64,000 nucleotides of DNA, from assembly GCA_964561135.1 (NCBI GenBank), contig CAZLOB010000070.1, forward strand, positions 3,248-67,247, in the 5' to 3' direction. The first letter of the stretch is position 1. Every line of letters begins with the position of its first letter. Below, piece by piece: positions 8,273-17,349 of this stretch. The notes under the pieces were generated by a model that was not told where the DNA came from, made no database searches, and saw nothing but the letters and a program-made list of their open reading frames with translations. The stretch is from an uncultured Elusimicrobia bacterium. GTDB taxonomy: Bacteria > Elusimicrobiota > Endomicrobiia > DTEH01. The position numbers and the translations under genes were made by a program.

Positions 8273-9235
8273 AAAAATTTGTGTTTTTTAATCTTCTTTA
8301 AACTTTTAACTTTTAACTTTCAACTAACAGAGGCAGCTTTTCAAAATACAGCATGGTCTGTTTCTGCAGAGAGTATGGGTGGTGTTGCTGTTGCTTACAG
8401 CAATGAACCGTTTGGCGTTTTTTATAATCCAGTAAATATTGTAAATGTTGAAACTAAAAGTTTACAAATTGCTTATTTAAAACCATATCTTGCTTTAGAA
8501 AATATTGATATAAATTTAAACACCATTGCTTTTGTGTTACCTAAAAAATATGTGTCTTTATCAGCAGCAGTTGGGATGTATAATGTGAACAATTTGTATT
8601 ATGAAACTACAACTATTTTTTCATTTAGTACAATATTGAAAAAATTTTTTGATAACTTACCATATATATCAATTGGGACAAATTTAAAATTTTTAACAAA
8701 AAGATATAAATTTGATGAAGGAATTTTAAACTATCAACCAGAACTAAAAAATAAAAATTCAACAACTGTTTTCTCAACAGATATCGGATTAATTACAAAA
8801 ATGCTAAAAGATAAACTTTCGTTAGGAATAGCAATAAAAGATGTTAACCAACCTAATGTGGCTGTAGTCTCATCTGAAGATATTGTTCCTTTGACAGTAA
8901 GTTTTGGTGGAACATATAATATTGGCGATATAAAAACAATACTATATTTTGAAGATTTTACTGTAGGGTGTGAACTAAGATATAGAAACCAAACATGGGG
9001 AACTACACAATCAAAACTTTTTTATGGGATAGGATTTCAAACTTATTTTAATTTTCATACAATAGCAATTCGTGCAGGAATAAATAAAGAATCTATAAAT
9101 TTTGGTTTTGGATATAATGGTATAAAACTTTCGCAAAAAATTCTTATGAATATTCAATACGGATTCGGTTTGTCAACAGTTGTTTTTGACAATTCTGCTG
9201 GTACACATAGGATCTCTTTTGAGATACAACTCTAA
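8231..9235 (+). CDS. predicted outer-membrane beta-barrel protein (FadL/PorV-like N-terminal motif)
   Basis: Track ORF 8063..9235, whose first ~56 codons are the four-helix-bundle remnant. ATG 8231 gives a signal-like MLKKLIISLDKTRIKNLCFLIFFKLLTFNFQLTEA. AESMGGVAVAYSNEPFGVFYNPVNI motif and alternating beta-strand pattern. Confidence 0.6.
   Translation: MLKKLIISLDKTRIKNLCFLIFFKLLTFNFQLTEAAFQNTAWSVSAESMGGVAVAYSNEPFGVFYNPVNIVNVETKSLQIAYLKPYLALENIDINLNTIAFVLPKKYVSLSAAVGMYNVNNLYYETTTIFSFSTILKKFFDNLPYISIGTNLKFLTKRYKFDEGILNYQPELKNKNSTTVFSTDIGLITKMLKDKLSLGIAIKDVNQPNVAVVSSEDIVPLTVSFGGTYNIGDIKTILYFEDFTVGCELRYRNQTWGTTQSKLFYGIGFQTYFNFHTIAIRAGINKESINFGFGYNGIKLSQKILMNIQYGFGLSTVVFDNSAGTHRISFEIQL
8296..8325 (-). 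repeat. AAGTTNA-type heptad array, inverted relative to 7859..7908
   Basis: ctttaaacttttaacttttaactttcaact is the reverse complement of agttgaaagttaaaagttaaaagtttaaag. Confidence 0.75.
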
Positions 9236-9335
9236 CAGAAGTCGATATTTGAATGTTGGCTTTTGGAGTGTTGTTATTAAACGGCTGCTCAAAAATAAAT
9301 TGTAAAGGCAGAAAATAAAAAATAATAAAGAAAGG

Positions 9336-10736
9336 TTGTATTATGTGATGTATACAATCGTATTTATTGTATTTTTAATACCTTCTTTTTTTTCATCTTT
9401 ACTATTATATTCACAGATAAATGTTTATTTTACTGACCCGTATAACGATGTCCCATCAATAAGTTTTCTTTCAACGGCGAAAAAACCTATTGATTTTGCA
9501 TTAAAAGATTTTATTGATTCTGTATCACCACAAACAACAATGTATGTTTGCATTTATGAAGTGAATAATACTACAATAACTACTGCGATAGATACCGCAG
9601 TGAACCGCAGGGTAAAAATTTATGCTATTTTTGGCAAAGATGTTTCAACATCTGTATTCAAAAGTAGTTTTGAATATAAAAAGATTGGTTTTTCATCACA
9701 AATTATGCATAATAAATTTGTTGTAGTAAAAAGTTCAAAGGTATGGACTGGTTCTTATAACTTCACAGTTTCAGCTACATATGACCAAGATAATTTTGCA
9801 TTAGAAATTTTTTCTAAAGAACTTGCAGAAATTTATGAAAAAGCATTTCTGTATATGTGGGATCATGGTAATGATATAACCATATCCACAAGGATTGCTG
9901 AGTTTAATAATAAATCTGTTGATTTTATTGACGGGACAAAAATTACTGTTTATTTTAATCCGTATTCACAAAATCCACAGTTAAAAAATGTTTTAATAGA
10001 CAACTGGTACGATGTTTTTGAAGAAAAACCAAAAATAAAAAATTTATATTTTACAGTTGCATGGTTTACTTTGGAAGATGTTAGTGATATCATTAAAATG
10101 TTAAGAGATAAAAATGTAGATATTTTTGGTATCATTGATGATGATAGCCAAAATTTTAGTATGTATCAAAAATTAAGAAATTATGGTATATCAATATATT
10201 TTGATGCAAGAAGAACTTTTTATGGTGAAGGGCTTATGCATCACAAGTACTGTGTTGTAGATCCGTTTACAAAAAATGCAAAAGTTATCTGTGGTTCTGC
10301 AAACTGGTCTGATGCAGCATTAACTTCAGAAAGTAATAAAAATTATGAAAACCTTCTTGTGATAGAATCACAAAAAATTGCAGAAGTGTTTTATAAAGAA
10401 TTTTTAAGGTTATACAACAAGACTGTTTCACAACAAGTTTCTACTTCTTTATCCGATGAGATGATTGAAAATATAATTTTTTATCCAAATCCTGTAAAAG
10501 AAAAACTTAATATAAAGTTTAAACCAAACTTCAGTGTTAAAGAAATAAAACTTTTAATAGTTTCGTTATACGGTGTAAAAATTTATGAAAAAAATTTAGA
10601 TTTTGTTTCTGGGATAGAAAACAAAATTGAAGTTGAGTTACCAAAAGATATTTCTTATGGATTATACAATATCATTCTTCGTGTTAAAGGTTTTAATGTT
10701 CAAAAAGATTATGTTAAGAAGATAGTTGTGAAGTGA
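9336..10736 (+). CDS. secreted phospholipase-D-superfamily (two HKD-like motifs, Nuc-like) protein with CTD-like tail
   Basis: MHNKFVVVKSSKVWTGSYNFT and HHKYCVVDP..VICGSANWSDAAL. N-terminal hydrophobic segment. C-terminal IIFYPNPVKEKLNIKF...YVKKIVVK. The start could be ATG 9348. Confidence 0.75.
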   Translation: MYYVMYTIVFIVFLIPSFFSSLLLYSQINVYFTDPYNDVPSISFLSTAKKPIDFALKDFIDSVSPQTTMYVCIYEVNNTTITTAIDTAVNRRVKIYAIFGKDVSTSVFKSSFEYKKIGFSSQIMHNKFVVVKSSKVWTGSYNFTVSATYDQDNFALEIFSKELAEIYEKAFLYMWDHGNDITISTRIAEFNNKSVDFIDGTKITVYFNPYSQNPQLKNVLIDNWYDVFEEKPKIKNLYFTVAWFTLEDVSDIIKMLRDKNVDIFGIIDDDSQNFSMYQKLRNYGISIYFDARRTFYGEGLMHHKYCVVDPFTKNAKVICGSANWSDAALTSESNKNYENLLVIESQKIAEVFYKEFLRLYNKTVSQQVSTSLSDEMIENIIFYPNPVKEKLNIKFKPNFSVKEIKLLIVSLYGVKIYEKNLDFVSGIENKIEVELPKDISYGLYNIILRVKGFNVQKDYVKKIVVK

Positions 10737-11716
10737 GTAGGTATAAAAACAACAGTGGACAGCAGGTTGTGAAAATAAAAAAACAAAAAAATATTTTCGT
10801 TATTCTATTTAAGTATTGTAGAAACTTTTTGTTATTTATTACACACTGTTTTCATTTTGTACTTTTTTCCTACATGCTACTTACTATATACTTTCTTGTT
10901 TTCTTTTCACCTGCTTATGGTTTTCTCTTTGAGCCATACTTCCTTGCATATTCAGCAGAAGAGACAGTTTATATGCAAGCATTAAAAGTTTTGTCTGAAG
11001 GAAAAGAATCAGCTGGGAACAACCCTGCAGGTTGCGCTCTTGAAAATAAAAAATCTGTTTCTTTTGGATTCACAAGTTTGAATTTAAAAGATAATTTATC
11101 AAGTATAAAATTGTTTTTGCCCAAAAAGATTGCTAATTTAGTGATATCTTTGAAACATGCAAACTTTGGTGAGACAGAGTTTGTTTCAGAAAATTTTGAT
11201 GTAAAAAAAGATAGATTGTATTCTTTAATTTTAAATACATCTTTAGGTAAAGAAATGTTTATACCAGGACTGTTTTTAGGGATTGATTTAAATTTTGGTA
11301 ATATGAAACTTGATGAAACAATACAAACATTTGGTACTTTGTGTGGAACAAGATATATGATAAATTTTGGTTCGATAGAACTTCATCTTGGATCAATTTT
11401 TGGTTCATATTTTGCTAAAAATGAGAATCTATTTTTTTATGCATTTGGTATAAAATATTATCTTCCTGAATACAAAAGTTTTTTATCTTTAGCTTATAAC
11501 AAAAATGTTTATGAATTTTTAACTATAACATTTGAAATGGACTTGATAAAAAATTTCTTGTTAATTATTGGATATGAAGCTTTTAGCCGACAATTAAATG
11601 TCAGCTATTCTTTAGGTGGGGAATTTAAGATAAAAAATTTTGAGTTCATTTTATCAACAAGATATAATATAAATTTATATCCTACACTAAGTTTATCAAT
11701 AAGTTATTCATTATGA
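10733..11716 (+). CDS. predicted outer-membrane beta-barrel protein
   Basis: ORF track. Internal ATG 10874 gives MLLTIYFLVFFSPAYG signal-like start. NNPAGCAL motif. Amphipathic strand pattern to the C-terminus (LSLSISYSL). Start uncertain. Confidence 0.5.
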   Translation: MSRYKNNSGQQVVKIKKQKNIFVILFKYCRNFLLFITHCFHFVLFSYMLLTIYFLVFFSPAYGFLFEPYFLAYSAEETVYMQALKVLSEGKESAGNNPAGCALENKKSVSFGFTSLNLKDNLSSIKLFLPKKIANLVISLKHANFGETEFVSENFDVKKDRLYSLILNTSLGKEMFIPGLFLGIDLNFGNMKLDETIQTFGTLCGTRYMINFGSIELHLGSIFGSYFAKNENLFFYAFGIKYYLPEYKSFLSLAYNKNVYEFLTITFEMDLIKNFLLIIGYEAFSRQLNVSYSLGGEFKIKNFEFILSTRYNINLYPTLSLSISYSL

Positions 11717-12735
11717 ATAAAAAATTCTTTTTTATTTTATTTTTTTTAATTTTCCCATTTATCGTTCACTCTTTACCACCATTAATAATAACAGAAGTTG
11801 CACCAGGTGAAGCATCAACAAAAGATTGGATTGAAATTTTTGTTTCTTCTTCAGGTAATTATAACGGATATAAAATCTACAGTGGTTATCCAAAAAGAGT
11901 AATAAAAATCTTACCTTCAAGAGAATATAAAAGAGGTGATATCATAGTAATCATGATGAACACTTCTTTAGAAGATGCGCAAACAAAACAAAATTATTGG
12001 ATATTTTATTCTACTGATACAACAGGGCTTTATGATTCTGAGGGTTTTGTGTATATTACTACTCCTTATGACAACTGGATCGATGCAGTTGGTTGGTCAA
12101 ACAGGGATGGTTCTATAGCAAAAGATGCAATAGACGCTTATAACGAAATGAAACAAAACAATATGTGGAAAGAAGGTCCTCAAGTCGCTGACGGGAATAA
12201 CGATGTTGAAGTACAGAACTCTTTGGTTGACTGGTCATTAGGTGCAAAAACAGATGCTGCGTCTATACAAAGACGGAAAGATTTTTTTGGCTTACCAATG
12301 GATGCTGACTCAATCTATGATTGGTATTATTCAAAAATAGCAACTTTTGGATACGGATATAAAGAAGTTGTTTCAGAAACACAAAAAATAGTTGAAGTTG
12401 ATAAAAACACAAATCCGTTTTGTCCTGAGGATATAAACAATAGTTTTGTGAAAATAAATTTTAATATAGAAGATTTTGATGCAAAAAAAACTATAGTTAT
12501 TTACGATATCACAGGCAAAGAAATTATAAAACTATTAGATAAAGATAGATTACCCAATGGCGACCTTTCAACATATTCTTCAGTGAGGGCAGGAAGTATA
12601 ACTTGGGATGGTAGAGATTCATCCTCTAAACGTGTTCCAACTGGTGTATATATTGTATATTTTGAAGCGTATAATCCTACAAATGGTAAAAGATACATTA
12701 GTAAAGATGTTGTTATTGTAGGGAGGAAGTGGTGA
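11713..12735 (+). CDS. secreted lamin-tail-domain protein with FlgD-Ig/CTD-like tail
   Basis: Signal peptide MNKKFFFILFFLIFPFIVHS. LIITEVAPGEASTKDWIEIFVSS and NWIDAVGWSNRDGS match LTD modules 3 and 4 of the giant protein. Tail TIVIYDITGKEI..GVYIVYFEA..DVVIVGRKW. Confidence 0.75.
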   Translation: MNKKFFFILFFLIFPFIVHSLPPLIITEVAPGEASTKDWIEIFVSSSGNYNGYKIYSGYPKRVIKILPSREYKRGDIIVIMMNTSLEDAQTKQNYWIFYSTDTTGLYDSEGFVYITTPYDNWIDAVGWSNRDGSIAKDAIDAYNEMKQNNMWKEGPQVADGNNDVEVQNSLVDWSLGAKTDAASIQRRKDFFGLPMDADSIYDWYYSKIATFGYGYKEVVSETQKIVEVDKNTNPFCPEDINNSFVKINFNIEDFDAKKTIVIYDITGKEIIKLLDKDRLPNGDLSTYSSVRAGSITWDGRDSSSKRVPTGVYIVYFEAYNPTNGKRYISKDVVIVGRKW

Positions 12736-12743
12736 TAGTGATG

Positions 12744-12770
12744 TTAAAAGTGAAAAAGTTGAAAGTTTTA
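12744..12770 (+). repeat. AAGTTNA-type heptad/octad repeat
   Basis: ttaaaagtgaaaaagttgaaagtttta immediately after the stop codon at 12735. Confidence 0.6.
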
Positions 12771-12781
12771 ACAATAGAAAA

Positions 12782-12905
12782 TGTAAGACAAGGATTTATC
12801 CTTGCAATAATTTAAGTTTTTGTGTCGTAATTAGTATGGATTGAATCGTCAGTTACAAAAAACTTTGCTCTGGTCCTTTATGCAAACTTAAAAGTTTGTC
12901 CTACA
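12782..12905. repeat. TGTAGGGCA-family hairpin element (degenerate copy, inverted termini)
   Basis: tgtaagacaagg-attt-atccttgc (12782-12805) and gcaaac-ttaaaa-gtttgtcctaca (12882-12905). Termini TGTAAGACA / TGTCCTACA are inverted repeats. Confidence 0.6.
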
Positions 12906-12920
12906 TTTTTAGAAGAAAAA

Positions 12921-14375
12921 ATGAACTTTAAACTAATTTATATCTACATATTTATACATTTACTTATTCACACATTTACTACTTATCTTTATCCTTTATT
13001 TGAAGAAAAAGATCTTTTTGCAAACACTGCAGCGTTATGTAATGCGTATACAGCTGCTGATGACAATGTTGTTTGTGTATATTATAACCCAGCAGGTATT
13101 TTCAATATACCAAAAGGTGGTTTCTATTTTTCAAATACAAAATTTTATAGTATTGACGAACTTGCATCAAATACAATATCTGTTTCTTTAGATGTTAAAC
13201 ATTTTGGCAAAGTTGGTTTTTTGTATAATATTTTTGGTTTTGATTTGTATAAAGAAAACTTATTAAAATTTGTTTATGCGAACAGTATTTTAAGAAAGAT
13301 TTCGTTTGGTATAGGAATTAATTCTTTATCTGTGAATATAAAAAACTATGGTTCTAAAAGTTTCCTAAGTATTGATTTAGGTGTTTTAGCAGAAGTTACA
13401 AGAAGTTTTCTTTTAGGATTTTATATAAAAAATTTTGATATACCAAAAGTTGCTGAAGATGAAATTGTTACACATACACTTGTTACAGGAGCGAAAATTG
13501 CTCCTTTAAAAGATGTGTCAACATATATTGATGTTGTAAAAAAAACAGAACAAGATGTTTTTGCAAGAATTGGCGAAGAAATAAAACTTAATATAATAGA
13601 TAGTTTGATAACAATATTTCGTTGTGGTGTTGAAATAGCAACAAAGGTCAAACCTGCAAAATATGCGGTTGGTTTCGGGTTAGGATATAAAATAGGTTCT
13701 TCAGAAATTATAATTGATTATTCTTATTTGTTACACACAATTTTAGGTAGCCAATATCTTGTTTCTTTAAGCATAAGTTTTGGTAAAAAAGAAAAAGAGT
13801 TTTTTGAAGAAATAAAACCTACAGGACAAAAAAGAAAAGCAGCGGTCAAAAAAATAGAACTTCAACCAAAATCTATAAATATTAATACTGCAACTATAGA
13901 AGAACTTGCAGAACTGCCTGGTATTGGTCCATCAACTGCACAAAAAATTGTTGAATATAGACAAAAGATAGGAAAATTTATTTCTGTTGAACAGCTGCTT
14001 GAGGTACCTCGTATCGGTACTCTTACGCTACAAAGAATAAAACCATATATAACTGTTGAAGTAGAAGAAAAACAAATACAAGAAGTAAAACCAGAAGTTG
14101 AAAAGAAACAAAAAGAAGAACAGTTGTTTATTCCACCACTTGATCTACCATCACAAGAAAAAATAGAAGTAAAAGAAGAAAAACAAAAGTTTAATTTGAA
14201 TACTATAACAGAGGAAGAGTTAATTAATTTAGGTTTCTCTTCAACTGCTGCAAAAAATGTTATAAGATATAGAATAAAAGTTGGTAAATTTAAATCAGTT
14301 GATGAACTATATAAAATACCATTTGTTGAGAAATCGTTGGTTGATAAACTTAAAGAAAAGTTTTATGTTGAATAA
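12921..14375 (+). CDS. outer-membrane beta-barrel (FadL/PorV-like motif) fused to two ComEA-type helix-hairpin-helix DNA-binding modules
   Basis: N-terminal half: NAYTAADDNVVCVYYNPAGIFNI plus strand pattern. C-terminal half: NINTATIEELAELPGIGPSTAQKIVEYRQKIGKFISVEQLLEVPRIG and LNTITEEELINLGFSSTAAKNVIRYRIKVGKFKSVDELYKIP, separated by K/E-rich linkers. Confidence 0.75.
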   Translation: MNFKLIYIYIFIHLLIHTFTTYLYPLFEEKDLFANTAALCNAYTAADDNVVCVYYNPAGIFNIPKGGFYFSNTKFYSIDELASNTISVSLDVKHFGKVGFLYNIFGFDLYKENLLKFVYANSILRKISFGIGINSLSVNIKNYGSKSFLSIDLGVLAEVTRSFLLGFYIKNFDIPKVAEDEIVTHTLVTGAKIAPLKDVSTYIDVVKKTEQDVFARIGEEIKLNIIDSLITIFRCGVEIATKVKPAKYAVGFGLGYKIGSSEIIIDYSYLLHTILGSQYLVSLSISFGKKEKEFFEEIKPTGQKRKAAVKKIELQPKSININTATIEELAELPGIGPSTAQKIVEYRQKIGKFISVEQLLEVPRIGTLTLQRIKPYITVEVEEKQIQEVKPEVEKKQKEEQLFIPPLDLPSQEKIEVKEEKQKFNLNTITEEELINLGFSSTAAKNVIRYRIKVGKFKSVDELYKIPFVEKSLVDKLKEKFYVE

Positions 14376-14378
14376 ATA

Positions 14379-16598
14379 ATGGTTGTAATATTATTCTTAA
14401 TTTCAATTTTTTGTTTTCAAAACTTATTCTGTGTAGAATTCAAACTTAATTCTTCAACACATACAACAGAAAAATTTTTGTCTGAAGAAGAACAAACATT
14501 AGAAGAATTATATGAAGAAATTGATAAAATAGAAGAAGAAACAGTTAGTGTTTATTTTCAAGAAGAGATACATTTATATCAAGAAGATGAAGGTTTTTTA
14601 GAATCATTACAGCAAAACCCGTTGGATTTGAACACTGCAACTTATCTTCAACTTAAATCTCTTCCTGGTATAACTGATGAGTTAGCACGGAAAATTGTCC
14701 GTTATAGAAGGTTAAATCCGTTTAAATCAAAATCTGAACTTAAAAAAATTGTTGATGCAGAGGTTTATAATAAAATATCACCTTTTGTTATTGTAGATAA
14801 AGTAAAAAAAGCAGCACAACTTAACGGACAAGTAAGAATAAGATTTTATCCTGAAGAAAAGACAGAAATTAAAACATATTATCAACCTAAAGAAAAGTTT
14901 GAACAACCATATTATTTTTACAATAGGACACAACTTTCTTATGGTGATAAACTTTCGTTAGGATATGTTTTTTTACATAAACCTAATGAAAACGTCCCTT
15001 CTTTAGAAAGTTTCAGTTATCTACTTCGTAAATGGTGGGTAAGGTTAAACTCAATAGGTCTGTTCGATAAAATAATTTTTGGTAATTACAAAGCAGGGTT
15101 TGGTTATGGTATGGTGTTTCACGAGAACGCTGCTGTATCAAATTTAGTAGGTTCTGTTAAACCGAAGATGCGTGGGTTAAGAGAAGATAAAAGTACTGCG
15201 GATAATGCATATCTTTATGGTTTGGGTTTTGAAAGTAATATAGGTAATCTTGAATATTCCATTTTTTATTCGCAGAAAGATTTGATCACAAAAACAACTG
15301 TGTTTACAGAAGTTGTTCAAACAGATGAAGAAGAGCAAACAATTGTTTCTTCCTATACAATTGACGATTTAATTGACATTCGTAACGACTATGTTGAATA
15401 TGATAAATATTTGTTAGATTATGATGTAAACATAGAAACATCAACAATTAACAAACTGCCAAAAAGAAAAGTTCAAGAACAACTTGTAGGAATAAATTTT
15501 TTGTTCCCAATAGATGTATTTAAAATAGGTTTTTGTGGGTATTATGCAAGATATGACAACCCTTTTGATCCTGATAAAACAAAAGTTTCTGGCTATGATC
15601 TTGTAGACAAGTATTCAGAACGATGGAGGTATGTTTATCGCGGGGATAACTTAGTAGTAGGAAGTTTATATTTTGAGTTTCCTTTAGATAAACTTATATT
15701 TTTTAGTGAATTAGCACAAAGTAAAGCATATTTTTCACAACAGTCAACTTCTACATTTTCTTCACAACTTGGTAGTGGAGTAAACCTGGGTATTCTTTTA
15801 TTTTTAAGTCGAACAAAGTTTTATTTGTTATACACATATCTTGAACCAACTTTTTATTCACCATTAGGTATACCAATAAAAATTTATGATTATCCTAACA
15901 GTCAACGAGGTATAAAAATTGGTAATAGTTATAAATTCAAAAATGGTGAGATAAACTTTTCATATGGTACAGCTGAATTATTTAAAGGTATCTGGAGTGG
16001 ACATTGGAGTTCTGAACAACCACGGTTCCCATCAAGATATAACGAAATTTTTTTTGAAACAAAATATAAAGTTTTTAAAGATATTGAACTTTATTTCAGA
16101 ACAATAGATGATTTAAGAGAAAGATACATAGACTTAAAAACTTATGGTCTTTCATTAGAACAGCAACTTGTTCAAACACAACAGTTAAGGATAAAAAATA
16201 GGTATCAAGTGTCAACAAGTATATTAAAAGACACAATATTAAAGATAAGATATGACCATCAATGGCAAAAGTTTATAGATTACGGAAAATCATATTATGG
16301 TGAACAACTTTGTGCTGAACTAAAATATAAATTTTGGGGTTTTACAATAAACAGCAGATTCTGTATTTTTAATTCTGATGAACAAGTATATTTAAGTTAT
16401 CTTGAGCCAAAATGGTATAACTTGTATATGTTAGAAACTGAAGAAAATGCTGGGGGAGATAAATTTTATTTTACTTTTTCATACAAAATTTCAAAAAATA
16501 AAATTTTGTGGCTCAGGTATAGATATAAGTTTTATACAACAAAAGTTGTTGATCCGACAGATACTGAATTTAGAATACAAATAGATTATGGGTTTTGA
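14379..16598 (+). CDS. ComEA-type HhH module fused to a large predicted outer-membrane beta-barrel
   Basis: Signal-like N-terminus, acidic stretch, LDLNTATYLQLKSLPGITDELARKIVRYRRLNPFKSKSELKKIV, then ~600 aa of Y/G/F-rich alternating sequence ending ..EFRIQIDYGF (terminal aromatic residue). Confidence 0.7.
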   Translation: MVVILFLISIFCFQNLFCVEFKLNSSTHTTEKFLSEEEQTLEELYEEIDKIEEETVSVYFQEEIHLYQEDEGFLESLQQNPLDLNTATYLQLKSLPGITDELARKIVRYRRLNPFKSKSELKKIVDAEVYNKISPFVIVDKVKKAAQLNGQVRIRFYPEEKTEIKTYYQPKEKFEQPYYFYNRTQLSYGDKLSLGYVFLHKPNENVPSLESFSYLLRKWWVRLNSIGLFDKIIFGNYKAGFGYGMVFHENAAVSNLVGSVKPKMRGLREDKSTADNAYLYGLGFESNIGNLEYSIFYSQKDLITKTTVFTEVVQTDEEEQTIVSSYTIDDLIDIRNDYVEYDKYLLDYDVNIETSTINKLPKRKVQEQLVGINFLFPIDVFKIGFCGYYARYDNPFDPDKTKVSGYDLVDKYSERWRYVYRGDNLVVGSLYFEFPLDKLIFFSELAQSKAYFSQQSTSTFSSQLGSGVNLGILLFLSRTKFYLLYTYLEPTFYSPLGIPIKIYDYPNSQRGIKIGNSYKFKNGEINFSYGTAELFKGIWSGHWSSEQPRFPSRYNEIFFETKYKVFKDIELYFRTIDDLRERYIDLKTYGLSLEQQLVQTQQLRIKNRYQVSTSILKDTILKIRYDHQWQKFIDYGKSYYGEQLCAELKYKFWGFTINSRFCIFNSDEQVYLSYLEPKWYNLYMLETEENAGGDKFYFTFSYKISKNKILWLRYRYKFYTTKVVDPTDTEFRIQIDYGF

Positions 16599-16746
16599 TT
16601 TTCTTGTTTTTTTAAAGCTGCGGAGGGGGTGTGCCCAATATAGTAATAATAAGTTGTGTTTAAACACTTATACTTTATTTTATATTCGGAAAATTGTTTG
16701 TAAAATGTCAGAATAAAAATTTTTTAAAAATTTTTTAAAAATTTTG

Positions 16747-16775
16747 TTGACAAAACACAAAATTTTGTTCTATAT
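16747..16775 (+). promoter_or_regulatory. sigma70-type promoter for the pilin gene with a palindromic spacer
   Basis: TTGACA 16747-16752, 17-nt spacer containing the palindrome acaaaattttgt (16757-16768), ctatat 16770-16775. Phased A/T tracts upstream (16716-16746). Confidence 0.45.
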
Positions 16776-16844
16776 ATATTATTAGGGCAGGGGTGGTTAT
16801 TTATACATTCCCCAAAACTATGCCCTGAAAGGAGGTGAATAAAA

Positions 16845-17339
16845 ATGATAAAAAAATCTAAAGGTTTTACTTTGATAGAATTAATGGTAGTAGTTGTTAT
16901 ACTTGGTATACTTGCGGTAGTTGTTGCGCCGAGAATCCCTGACCTTGTCAAAAAAGCAAAAGAAGGTGCTACAAAAGGTTCTCTCTCTACACTCAGGTCT
17001 ACTTTGAACATATATTATAGTGATACTGAAGGATTTTATCCAGCAACTCATTGGAGTAAGGATGATGCTGCGGATGGATATAAAGATGTTAGTAATGTTC
17101 TTCACGAATCTTTAGTGCCAAAATATATAAAAGCAATACCTATGGTTAAATTACCTACTGCTCATAAGGACGATTCTGATAGAGTAATTGTATACAAAAA
17201 TCTTCCTTCAACTCTTACAGATGAAGATTTGGGCTATGGTTGGGGATATGGTTCCGTATATGGGACTGAGACATATGGAAATATAATTGTTAACTGTATA
17301 CATACAGATACTAGTGAGAAATATTGGTATGAATATTGA
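16845..17339 (+). CDS. type IV pilin / pseudopilin with prepilin N-terminal methylation motif
   Basis: MIKKSKGFTLIELMVVVVILGILAVVVAP. Strong SD aggagg 16830-16835. Confidence 0.9.
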   Translation: MIKKSKGFTLIELMVVVVILGILAVVVAPRIPDLVKKAKEGATKGSLSTLRSTLNIYYSDTEGFYPATHWSKDDAADGYKDVSNVLHESLVPKYIKAIPMVKLPTAHKDDSDRVIVYKNLPSTLTDEDLGYGWGYGSVYGTETYGNIIVNCIHTDTSEKYWYEY

Positions 17340-17349
17340 TCATTTAAGA

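Noticed and set aside
7849-8330. Diversity-generating retroelement (the Avd-like four-helix-bundle gene lies right after the 3' end of a giant surface protein gene)
   Set aside because: There is no reverse transcriptase gene in the window. I could find no TR/VR pair with adenine-specific mismatches. The giant protein ends in a FlgD-Ig/CTD-like tail rather than a C-type-lectin VR, and the Avd-like gene is frameshifted.
8231-14375. Calling the locus a bona fide type IX secretion system
   Set aside because: Only CTD-like tails and PorV/FadL-like barrel motifs are visible. No core T9SS genes (porK/L/M/N, sov, porU) occur in the window. The T9SS comparison is kept as an analogy only.
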